A stretch of 41,711 nt of DNA from Kordiimonas sp. (GTDB taxonomy: Bacteria > Pseudomonadota > Alphaproteobacteria > Sphingomonadales > Kordiimonadaceae). Below the pieces are notes generated by a model that ran no database searches, was not told the origin of the DNA, and worked only from the letters and a program-made list of their open reading frames with translations. A program made the position numbers and the translations under genes. The first letter of the stretch is position 1, and the number at the start of each line of letters is the position of its first letter. The DNA is taken from positions 1 to 41,711 of the forward strand of contig JBNKYQ010000001.1 in assembly GCA_050300975.1 (NCBI GenBank), given 5' to 3'. Below, in pieces: positions 26,818-34,919 of this stretch.

Positions 26818-28833
26818 ATGCAACGTAATTTTTCAGCGCTGCTGATTCTCGTGCTCAGTGTGGCTTTTGCCGCCTGTGCGGAGCCAGCAAGCGTGTCATC
26901 GCCGGACGGCAAGCTCACCGTGGTTCTGGACGCGGGCGCGGAAGGCGCATTCTACAGCGTCGAACGTGACGGCAAGGCGGTAATCGCACAGTCAAAACTT
27001 GGTTTCACGTTCCGCACTCAGTCGCCGTTTGCCACGGGGCTTGAGATCACAGACACAGCCACCAGCAGCTTTGATGAAACCTGGGAGCAGCCGTGGGGTG
27101 AGCGCCAGTTTGTGCGCAACCACTACAATGAGCTTAAGGCCACGGTCGCGGAAGCCGGTGGGTCCGGGCGGTCGGTCACCGTGGTGTTCCGCCTGTATGA
27201 CGACGGCCTCGGCTTCCGCTATGAAGGTGACTTCGGCAAAGCCGAAATCATGGACGAGCTGACGGAAATTTCTGTCGCAGAGCCGTCTACCGCTTGGTGG
27301 ATTCAGTCTCGCGAGTTCAATCGCTATGAATATATTTACAAAGAGACGCCACTTTCGGAGGTGACCATCGCCCATACGCCGATCACCTTCCGCACGGAAT
27401 CCGGCCTGCATGTCAGCCTGCATGAGGCTGCGCTTCTTGACTATTCCGGCATGTCGCTCTTGCGCACAGAAGGCCAGACCTTCAAGGCTGACCTGTCGCC
27501 CTGGGCGGACGGTGCCAAGGTAAAGCTGGATGGCGCGTTCAAGACGCCGTGGCGGACGTTCGAGATTGCAGAGGCTGCGACTGGTCTTCTGGATTCGAAC
27601 CTGATCCTGAACCTGAATGAACCCAACAAACTGGGTGACGTCTCCTGGGTGGAGCCCGGCAAGTATGTCGGCATATGGTGGGGCATGCATCTGGCGGTCA
27701 ACACCTGGGGGTCTGGCCCCAAGCACGGCGCGACCACCGAAGAGACGATGCGCTATATCGATTTCGCTTCCAAATACGGCTTCAAGGGCGTGCTGGTCGA
27801 GGGCTGGAATGTGGGCTGGGACGGTGACTGGTTCAACAACTGGAACCTGATGAATTTCACCGAAGCCTATCCTGATTTCGATTTCCCGAAACTGGCGGCC
27901 TACGCCAAGGAACGTGGCGTCCGCATAATCGGCCACCACGAAACCTCAGGCGGCGTGACCAACTATGAAAACCAGATGGAAGCGGCCTTCGACCTTTATG
28001 AAAAGATGGGCGTGCGCCAGGTGAAAACCGGCTATGTGGCCGACGCGGGCGAGATCGCGCGCGAGGAAGATGGCAAGGTCTTCTATGAATGGCATGACGG
28101 ACAGTGGATGTCCCGCCACCATGAAAAAGTGCTGGTGGAAGCGGCCAAGCGCAAGATTTCCATCAACTCGCACGAGCCGATCAAAGATACAGGGTTAAGG
28201 CGCACCTATCCGAACTGGATTTCGCGCGAAGGTGCCCGCGGCATGGAATATAACGCCTGGGGCAGCCCACCGAACCCGCCATCGCACACGGCCACCATTC
28301 CGTTTACCCGGATGCTCTCGGGCCCGATGGATTTCACGCCAGGTATTTTCGACCTGCTCTATGAAAAAGAACAGCCCGACAACCGGGTGCAGACCACGCT
28401 CGCGAAACAGCTGGCGCTCTATGTGGTGCTCTATAGCCCGATCCAGATGGCCGCGGACCTGCCAAAAAACTATGAAGCACGTATGGATGCCTTCCAGTTC
28501 ATTCGCGATGTGCCGACGGATTGGTCAGAAAGTAAGGCGCTTACGGGTGACATTGGCAAACATGCCACCTTCGCCCGCAAAGAGCGCGGCGGTGACGATT
28601 GGTTCCTTGGTAGCGTGACCAACGAGGACGCGCGCACGCTTGAAGTGTCGCTCGACTTCCTGGACGCGGGCCGGACCTATGAAGCGCAAATCTACCGCGA
28701 TGGCGACGATGCGGATTGGGATACCAACCCGTACGCCATGGCGATCGAGACGAAGCGCGTGACCGCGGCTGACAGCATGAAGTTGCCGATGGCGGCCGGT
28801 GGCGGCATCGCCATCCGCTTCAAGGCGCTCTAG
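26818..28833 (+). CDS. Glycoside hydrolase family 97 alpha-glucosidase (SusB-like), predicted lipoprotein
   Basis: Lipobox-like AFAAC; LVEGWN, GHHET, VKTGYV, NSHE, REGARGME, GPMDFTPG. Glu in VEGW indicates the inverting GH97a type. Confidence 0.93.
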   Translation: MQRNFSALLILVLSVAFAACAEPASVSSPDGKLTVVLDAGAEGAFYSVERDGKAVIAQSKLGFTFRTQSPFATGLEITDTATSSFDETWEQPWGERQFVRNHYNELKATVAEAGGSGRSVTVVFRLYDDGLGFRYEGDFGKAEIMDELTEISVAEPSTAWWIQSREFNRYEYIYKETPLSEVTIAHTPITFRTESGLHVSLHEAALLDYSGMSLLRTEGQTFKADLSPWADGAKVKLDGAFKTPWRTFEIAEAATGLLDSNLILNLNEPNKLGDVSWVEPGKYVGIWWGMHLAVNTWGSGPKHGATTEETMRYIDFASKYGFKGVLVEGWNVGWDGDWFNNWNLMNFTEAYPDFDFPKLAAYAKERGVRIIGHHETSGGVTNYENQMEAAFDLYEKMGVRQVKTGYVADAGEIAREEDGKVFYEWHDGQWMSRHHEKVLVEAAKRKISINSHEPIKDTGLRRTYPNWISREGARGMEYNAWGSPPNPPSHTATIPFTRMLSGPMDFTPGIFDLLYEKEQPDNRVQTTLAKQLALYVVLYSPIQMAADLPKNYEARMDAFQFIRDVPTDWSESKALTGDIGKHATFARKERGGDDWFLGSVTNEDARTLEVSLDFLDAGRTYEAQIYRDGDDADWDTNPYAMAIETKRVTAADSMKLPMAAGGGIAIRFKAL

Positions 28834-28863
28834 CTTCCAAGCAGCATCATATTGATGCGAATG

Positions 28864-28914
28864 CCGGCTTCTGCCACACTGCAGTTCAGTGGAGGCAGGG
28901 GCCGGTTTTCTTTT
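28864..28914 (+). terminator. Intrinsic terminator-like hairpin after GH97
   Basis: CCGGCTTCTGCC..CACTG-cagtt-CAGTG..GGCAGGGGCCGG followed by TTTTCTTTT. Confidence 0.65.
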
Positions 28915-28941
28915 GGCCCCTGACAATAATCAGGGGGATAT

Positions 28942-30426
28942 ATGCCGGATTGTATTTTGGCGATGGATCAGGGCACGACCAGCAGTCGGGCCATCGTTTT
29001 TGATCTGAAAGGCGACATCATTGCTGTGGCCCAGCAGGAATTTCGCCAGATTTTCCCCGCGGATGGCTGGGTAGAGCATGACGCGGATGAGATATGGGTC
29101 ACCAGCCTAAAGACTGCGCAGGCCGCGTTCACGGAAGCCGAGGCCAAGGGTTTCAAGGTCAAGGCCATCGGCATCACCAACCAGCGCGAGACATCTGTAT
29201 TGTGGGAGCGCGAGGGCGTCAGACCAGTCCACAACGCCATTGTCTGGCAGGATCGGCGCACCGCTAGTGTGTGCCGCGCGTTGAAGGACGAGGGCCACGA
29301 GTTCGAAGTGCAGGACAAAACGGGCCTGCTGCTTGATCCCTATTTTTCCGCCACCAAGCTGGCGTGGCTTTTGGAAAATGCCCACGGTGTGCGTGCGGCG
29401 GCTGCGGCTGGCAAGCTGGCCTGGGGCACGATCGACAGTTTCCTGATCGCCCGGCTGACAGGCGGCAAGCGCCATGTCACGGACGCCACGAACGCCAGTC
29501 GTACAAGCCTTTTCAATATCCGTACGCAGGAATGGGACGAGAGCCTCCTGCGGATTTTCGGCGTGCCTGAAAGCGTGCTGCCGGAGGTTCTGGACAGCTG
29601 CGCTGATTTCGGCGAAACCACACCTGACCTGTTCGGTCGCTCCATCCCGATCCTCGGTGTGGCGGGGGACCAGCAGGCGGCCACGGTGGGCCAGTGCTGT
29701 TTCGAGGAAGGCGCGATCAAAAGCACGTACGGCACCGGCTGCTTCGTTCTGATGAACACCGGCAGGGCCTTTGTGCCGTCCAAGAATCGGCTGCTGACCA
29801 CAGTTGCCTACAGGATCGGCGGCGAGACGACCTATGCCCTTGAAGGATCTATCTTCATTGCCGGCGCCGCCGTGCAGTGGCTCAGGGACGGCATCAAGAT
29901 CATCGACCACGCGCGTGAAAGCGAGGCGCTGGCGCGCGAGGCCGCGGATGATCACGGTGTTCATATGGTGCCGGCCTTCACCGGCCTTGGTGCGCCATAT
30001 TGGGACCCGGATGTTCGTGCTGCCTTGTTCGGCATGACCCGCGCCACCGGCAGGGCAGAGCTGGTGCGCGCCACGCTTGAAAGTGTGTGTTTCCAGACCC
30101 ATGACCTATTCAGCGCCATGGCGGAAGACGGTATCAGCCCTAAGGTGCTTCGTGTGGATGGCGGCATGGTCGCCAATGACTGGCTGGCGCAGATGCTGGC
30201 CAACTTGCTGGCGCTGCCGGTTGACAGGCCGAAGGTGATGGAGACCACAGCGCTGGGTGCGGCCTATCTGGCGGGGCTTCAGGCGGGCCTTTATTCAGGC
30301 TTCAGTGACCTGACAGCCCAGTGGCAATGCGAGCGACGGTTTAATCCGAAGGGTGGGTTTGTCGGTCGCGATGACATGTTGGCCAAATGGCACAAGGCAG
30401 TGGCCGCCGCGCGGTCTTTTGCCTAA
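28942..30426 (+). CDS. glpK: Glycerol kinase
   Basis: [51 protein letters not shown]. Confidence 0.96.
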   Translation: MPDCILAMDQGTTSSRAIVFDLKGDIIAVAQQEFRQIFPADGWVEHDADEIWVTSLKTAQAAFTEAEAKGFKVKAIGITNQRETSVLWEREGVRPVHNAIVWQDRRTASVCRALKDEGHEFEVQDKTGLLLDPYFSATKLAWLLENAHGVRAAAAAGKLAWGTIDSFLIARLTGGKRHVTDATNASRTSLFNIRTQEWDESLLRIFGVPESVLPEVLDSCADFGETTPDLFGRSIPILGVAGDQQAATVGQCCFEEGAIKSTYGTGCFVLMNTGRAFVPSKNRLLTTVAYRIGGETTYALEGSIFIAGAAVQWLRDGIKIIDHARESEALAREAADDHGVHMVPAFTGLGAPYWDPDVRAALFGMTRATGRAELVRATLESVCFQTHDLFSAMAEDGISPKVLRVDGGMVANDWLAQMLANLLALPVDRPKVMETTALGAAYLAGLQAGLYSGFSDLTAQWQCERRFNPKGGFVGRDDMLAKWHKAVAAARSFA

Positions 30427-31964
30427 TCGGAGGTCGAGCGCTCGTGGGCTGAAAGCCAGGCTGCCAGCGCCGCATGTTCCGTCTGGTTCAATCTGAGGCC
30501 CAGCTTTGATCGCCGCCACAGGATGTCTTCCGCCGTGTGTGCCCATTCCTCGCGCACGAGGTAGCCAACCTCGGCTTCATAAAGCCCGGCGCCGAAATGG
30601 ATGCCCATACCGTCCACGTTTTCGATGCCCTCCAGAAGCTTCTCAATACGGCTGCCGTAGGCGTTGCACATGCGGTCGACAATCTCCCCCTCAAGCCAAT
30701 GATAGCGCGTTCGCATCTCCGCCTTGAAGTGCTTGAGCGCCTTGGCGGGGGAAACGTCTTCCGGCAGGCTGCCACCGGGCAGGGGGGTGTAACCGGTCCA
30801 GTCATCCTGGCTGATCGGAAGGTAAGGGGCGAGTTTTTCCATCGCCTCTTCCGCCAGGCAGCGGTAGGTGGTGATCTTGCCGCCAAAGACGGACAGAAGC
30901 GGCAGCGTGTCCTCGCGAACATCCAGGTCCAGGTGATAGTCGCGGGTTGTTGCGGACGGGTTTACCTCGCCGTCGTCATAGAGCGGGCGTATGCCGGCGT
31001 AGGACCAGACAACATCTTCGGGCTGGATGCTTTTCTCGAAATATTCGCTGGCGGCGGCGCACAGGTAATCGATCTCTGCCTGGCTTGCTTCCACTTTGGC
31101 GGGGTCGCCGGAAAAGGGTACATCGGTGGTCCCTAAAAGGGTAAATTTCCCCTCATAAGGGATCGCGAAAATGACCCGCTTGTCCGGGTTCTGGAAGGTG
31201 TAGCATTGCGGCCCGTCATAAAGCGCGGGAACAACAATGTGGCTGCCTTTCACCAGGCGCGCGTGGCTGTGCGCGTCCTCTGACATGATGCAGCTCTGCA
31301 GCGTTTTCTCAACCCATGGCCCTGCAGCATTCACCAGCGCATCTGCCTGGAATTCCAGGATTTTCCCGTCTGGCGCTTCCACGCGGACGCGCCAGTCGCG
31401 GTCTTCGCGTACAGCGTCAAGGAAGCGGTGCCGGTTGAGGATGGTGGCACCCCGGCGCTTGGCGGCAAGGGCGTTGGCAAGCACAAGCCGGGCATCGTCA
31501 ACCCAGCAGTCGGAATACTCAAACCCTTTCCTGAAACGGGCCTTGAGCGGACCACCCTTGGGGTCACGCCGTAGGTTCAGGCTTTTGGTTTTCCGCAGCA
31601 GCTTCCGACCGCCCAGGTGGTCGTAAAGAAACAGGCCGAGCCGCAGGATGAAAGCGGGCCTGAGGCCTTTGTGATGCGGCAGCACAAACCGGAGCGGGCG
31701 CACCAGATGGGGAGCCATGCGCCACAGCGTCTCCCTTTCTTGCAGGGATTCGCGCACGAGGCGGAATTCATAATGCTCCAGGTACCGAAGGCCGCCATGG
31801 ATCAGCTTAGAGCTGGCGGACGATGTCCCGGCGGCGAAATCCGTCTGCTCCACAAGCACGGTCTTCAGCCCGCGGCCCGCGGCATCCCGCGCGATACCTG
31901 TGCCGTTGATGCCGCCGCCGATCACAAACAGGTCGCAGCGGATCGTTTCTATTTCGGCCATCAT
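30423..31964 (-). CDS. glpD: Aerobic glycerol-3-phosphate dehydrogenase
   Basis: [54 protein letters not shown]; ATGA coupling to the upstream lipoprotein gene. Confidence 0.96.
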   Translation of the reverse strand: MMAEIETIRCDLFVIGGGINGTGIARDAAGRGLKTVLVEQTDFAAGTSSASSKLIHGGLRYLEHYEFRLVRESLQERETLWRMAPHLVRPLRFVLPHHKGLRPAFILRLGLFLYDHLGGRKLLRKTKSLNLRRDPKGGPLKARFRKGFEYSDCWVDDARLVLANALAAKRRGATILNRHRFLDAVREDRDWRVRVEAPDGKILEFQADALVNAAGPWVEKTLQSCIMSEDAHSHARLVKGSHIVVPALYDGPQCYTFQNPDKRVIFAIPYEGKFTLLGTTDVPFSGDPAKVEASQAEIDYLCAAASEYFEKSIQPEDVVWSYAGIRPLYDDGEVNPSATTRDYHLDLDVREDTLPLLSVFGGKITTYRCLAEEAMEKLAPYLPISQDDWTGYTPLPGGSLPEDVSPAKALKHFKAEMRTRYHWLEGEIVDRMCNAYGSRIEKLLEGIENVDGMGIHFGAGLYEAEVGYLVREEWAHTAEDILWRRSKLGLRLNQTEHAALAAWLSAHERSTSD

Positions 31965-32419
31965 TGTCGGCACCGCCTTCCGCCTTCCACAGGAATAACG
32001 GTGGACCAGCCATTAGGCTTGGTCAAGGAAAGCACGCCCTGCAAGGGCGCACCGCCACCACTGGCACTCTCGCGCAGCAGCAGTTTTGCCTGCAGCGTCG
32101 GAGCAACAAAAGTCTGGCTGCGCGGCATCTCGGCTACCGTCTCGTTTGCGCTTTCGGTGCGCCGGAGGCTGACCTGCCGGCTTTCAAGGATCATGGTGAC
32201 GTCATTACCTGTCTGGGCGAAGATCGGGGGTTCCTCGAGCGCGCCTTCCTCAGGCCGGGGGCGCAGCACAAGCGCGCACTGCCCGGGCCAAAGCGACAGC
32301 TGATGCGCGCTCAGGCTGCCGGTGTTCAGCACCTGTGCCTTGGGCGCCTGCAACGGCTGGGCGCCGTATGCACCGCACCCGGCAAGCAGGAATATCAGGA
32401 TAACTGATACCGCACGCAC
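31961..32419 (-). CDS. Hypothetical lipoprotein (152 aa)
   Basis: GTG 32419 after GGGGAG; VRAVSVILIFLLAG-C lipobox; its stop overlaps the glpD start. Confidence 0.72.
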   Translation of the reverse strand: MRAVSVILIFLLAGCGAYGAQPLQAPKAQVLNTGSLSAHQLSLWPGQCALVLRPRPEEGALEEPPIFAQTGNDVTMILESRQVSLRRTESANETVAEMPRSQTFVAPTLQAKLLLRESASGGGAPLQGVLSLTKPNGWSTVIPVEGGRRCRQ

Positions 32420-32523
32420 AGATTTTGTCTCCCCTTTGGTGGCCGGTAGGTGTGATACCACCTCAATCTGAGTTAGCGCAACATGAGCAAAGGCTAGGCT
32501 CAAGATCAAGCTTCTTGAGGAAG

Positions 32524-32641
32524 AAGGGCACATTTTGTCGCGCTGTAGTGCCCATTTTTGTGCTTTTTGGTACAAAAGGGCACTGTCGTAGTGCCCATTT
32601 TCGGCCTTTCGGCTGTGGGTAGTGCCCAAAAGTGTCCATTT
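32524..32641. repeat. Cluster of six AGTGCCCA-like motifs (4 direct, 2 inverted)
   Basis: Direct copies start at 32547, 32590, 32621 and 32631 (AGTGTCCA); inverted copies AAGGGCAC at 32524 and AAAAGGGCACT at 32574. GTAGTGCCCATTTT is exactly repeated (32545, 32588). Confidence 0.8.
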
Positions 32642-32677
32642 CCTCCAGCTTCTTTTCCAAAGGCTGTAGCAAGTGCA

Positions 32678-32695
32678 ATTGACAGCGCTGTCTTT
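32678..32695. promoter_or_regulatory. LacI-type operator overlapping a TTGACA -35 element upstream of glk
   Basis: ATTGACAGCGCTGTCTTT identical to 26622-26639; TTGACA-N17-TACTAG. Confidence 0.75.
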
Positions 32696-32819
32696 TCTGG
32701 CTACTAGTGAGGTCTGGTTTTGATTTCTTGCGCGCCCTCCTGGTTGGAAGCATGCGGTGGCGGGCATGGGTGTATGCGGCGGTGGACTTTGTGCCTGTCG
32801 CACCCGAAAGGGAAGGGGT

Positions 32820-33785
32820 ATGACAAAGATTTCGACATGTATTGTCGCCGACATTGGCGGCACCAACGGCCGCTTCGGCGTCGCGACCTTCAAGGAAGGC
32901 GCCGCCAAGCCGGACATTGATCATGTGATTGTCTTCCCCTGCCGTGACTATGCCAGCCTCAGCGATATGGTCGGCGCTTATGTGGCGGGCCTCGGGGCTG
33001 ACGCGCCGAAGGTTGCCAAGCTGGCAATTGCCGGCCCAACCACCGAACGCCTTGGCCGGATCACCAACCTTGGCTGGGCCGCTGACGCCGCGGCCCTTGA
33101 GGTCGCCCATGGTCTCGATCAGGTGAAATTCATCAATGATTTCGGGGCGCTGGCGCGGGCCTGCCCCTACCTTGTTGAAGGCGAGGATTTCATCACGCTG
33201 AAGGACGGTGATGCGGCGGCAGACGCGCCGATTTCCGTGATGGGGCCGGGCACCGGGTTCGGTGTCGCCCTCTTGGTGCCGGATGACCACGGTGGCTATC
33301 ACACAGTGTCAACCGAGGGCGGCTTCATGGCATTTGCGCCGGGCTCGCGGCTTGAGCATGACCTCACCGAACACCTGCGCGCCGAGCTGGGCTATGTCTC
33401 TGTCGAGAGCTTCCTGTGCGGCGAGGGTATCGCGCGTATCTATCGTTTTCTTGTGGATTATGGCGGTGGCGGCGATCGGGACCTGACCCCGGCGGAGATC
33501 ACCAAGCGCGCTGCAGAGGGTGGGGCGCCTGCGTGCGAGCGCGCGGTGCAGCTTTTCCTGTCGATCGTCGGGTCGACCGCTGGCGATATAGCACTTGTCC
33601 ACGGCGCCAAGGGCGGGGTTTATCTGGGGGGTGGTATCCTGCCCAAGATCAAGGCCATGGTTCCCGGCAGCGACCTGCTGCGCCGGTTCGTCGCCAAGGG
33701 CGCACAGTCCACCTACGTGGACACCATCCCCGTGCATTTGATCACTGCCAAATATGCAGCACTTGTAGGCGCGGCGGTGGCCTGA
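32820..33785 (+). CDS. glk: Glucokinase
   Basis: ADIGGTNGRF, AIAGP, INDF, GPGTGFG, TEGG, GVYLGGGI; ATG 32820 after GGAAGGGG. Confidence 0.93.
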   Translation: MTKISTCIVADIGGTNGRFGVATFKEGAAKPDIDHVIVFPCRDYASLSDMVGAYVAGLGADAPKVAKLAIAGPTTERLGRITNLGWAADAAALEVAHGLDQVKFINDFGALARACPYLVEGEDFITLKDGDAAADAPISVMGPGTGFGVALLVPDDHGGYHTVSTEGGFMAFAPGSRLEHDLTEHLRAELGYVSVESFLCGEGIARIYRFLVDYGGGGDRDLTPAEITKRAAEGGAPACERAVQLFLSIVGSTAGDIALVHGAKGGVYLGGGILPKIKAMVPGSDLLRRFVAKGAQSTYVDTIPVHLITAKYAALVGAAVA

Positions 33786-33794
33786 GGGTCATCC

Positions 33795-34298
33795 CTATTT
33801 GGTTGAGCGGAAAAAGGAATAGAGCAAGCTGGGGCGGCCAGCTTCCTCGCAGACCGGCAGGTCCAGGACCCGAAGTGGCAGGAATTCCCGTCCTTCGAAT
33901 GGCACGAGGCCGATGCATTCGCCAAATTTGCCGCCACCTGCAATGTCCCTGAAATAGCTGGCATAGTCTGGGAACAGAGTGTTCGGCAGATCGGCGAAGC
34001 TGCCATCCGCCTTGATCAGCCCGCCAAAGATGGCCTCCGCCGTGGTGCCGACCAGGCGGAAGCGGATATTCCCGTCCTCGCGCAGGTCAGAGATGATCAT
34101 GCGATCGTGCCAGCCGGCGAAATCCCGGAATGAGATGTCGCTTTTGAGCGGCATGTGATCAGCGCTGCGCTGCCAAAGGGCGATGACCTTGGCGAAGGGC
34201 TGCAGGAAAGGGTCCGCGCCTGCATTTTCCAGCTGCTGCAGCGGGAAGGTGCGGGCTGTGAAGCCGATCGTGGTTCTGTCCTTGATGCCGTCGTCCAT
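33795..34298 (-). CDS. Stand-alone PAS-like (PAS_5 type) domain protein
   Basis: W....MP.KSDI...F......I......RFRLVGT..LDLP pattern typical of alphaproteobacterial PAS_5 proteins. Confidence 0.6.
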   Translation of the reverse strand: MDDGIKDRTTIGFTARTFPLQQLENAGADPFLQPFAKVIALWQRSADHMPLKSDISFRDFAGWHDRMIISDLREDGNIRFRLVGTTAEAIFGGLIKADGSFADLPNTLFPDYASYFRDIAGGGKFGECIGLVPFEGREFLPLRVLDLPVCEEAGRPSLLYSFFRSTK

Positions 34299-34387
34299 GG
34301 GGTTGCTTCGCCTGGGGTATTCCTGAACAAGCACAACTCAGAACACTGCCTTATATCATATTACGCGTATTTGGTGGCGGTGGTTTG

Positions 34388-34424
34388 AAAAAAAGCACCC
34401 CGGTCAGCCTGCGCTGCCGGGGTG
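34388..34424 (-). terminator. Intrinsic terminator of the candidate sRNA
   Basis: Minus strand CACCCCGG-CAGCGCAGGCTGA-CCGGGGTG-C-T7. Confidence 0.8.
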
Positions 34425-34617
34425 AAGATGTGCTCTCTGTGGTAAGGCGCGAAGTGGGAGGTCACCTGCCTCACGCCGCTGGCCCACAAAGAGGCCCCTA
34501 AACTGTTGGAAGCTGGGAACATGAGCTTCCGAGGAAACAAAAACGGTGGCGGAACCAGGGGCGCCATGGGAGGGGGAGGAAGCACGTGGAAGGTGCCGAG
34601 TGGCTGCCCCTGATTCC
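34388..34617 (-). ncRNA. Candidate ~230-nt structured small RNA with anti-Shine-Dalgarno motifs
   Basis: Three GC-rich stem domains plus a terminator in a non-coding gap; motifs UCCUCCCCCUCCCA, loop GUUCCC and CCUCCCAC. Confidence 0.6.
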
Positions 34618-34919
34618 ATCTATTTTGCAAATTAAAGCAAAAAATGAAAATTGCAACAAAAATTGCAAAAGTTGCTGGGTTGCGGAGCCGGCCGTGTGTG
34701 GCTAAGAAACAGCGCAGAAGTTGGCGAAGTGTAATTAAACTATTGTTTATAAATAGGATATTTGACTATCTTTTTCGCAACGCTGTTGTGCGTGCTGGGA
34801 TTTTTTGTGAAAAAATTTGAAAATAGATTGCAAAAATGTGCAAATATATGTTTATGTCGATCTTAGGCGAGAAGGACGAGCAGCCCCCAGGGTAGGGAAG
34901 TATACGGGAAGTTTGGGCA

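Noticed and set aside
32524-32641. Repeat cluster as a CRISPR array or plasmid iterons
   Set aside because: Repeats are only 8-14 bp, in mixed orientation with irregular spacers; no cas or rep genes are nearby.
32420-32917. Extended 318-aa version of the lipoprotein ORF and small ORFs across the repeat region
   Set aside because: Overlaps glk and regulatory DNA; signal peptide and RBS place the start at 32419.
34361-34630. Small minus-strand ORFs (89 aa and 71 aa) over the structured RNA
   Set aside because: No RBS, low-complexity translation, and they run into or through the terminator hairpin; a non-coding RNA explains the region better, though a small peptide cannot be excluded.
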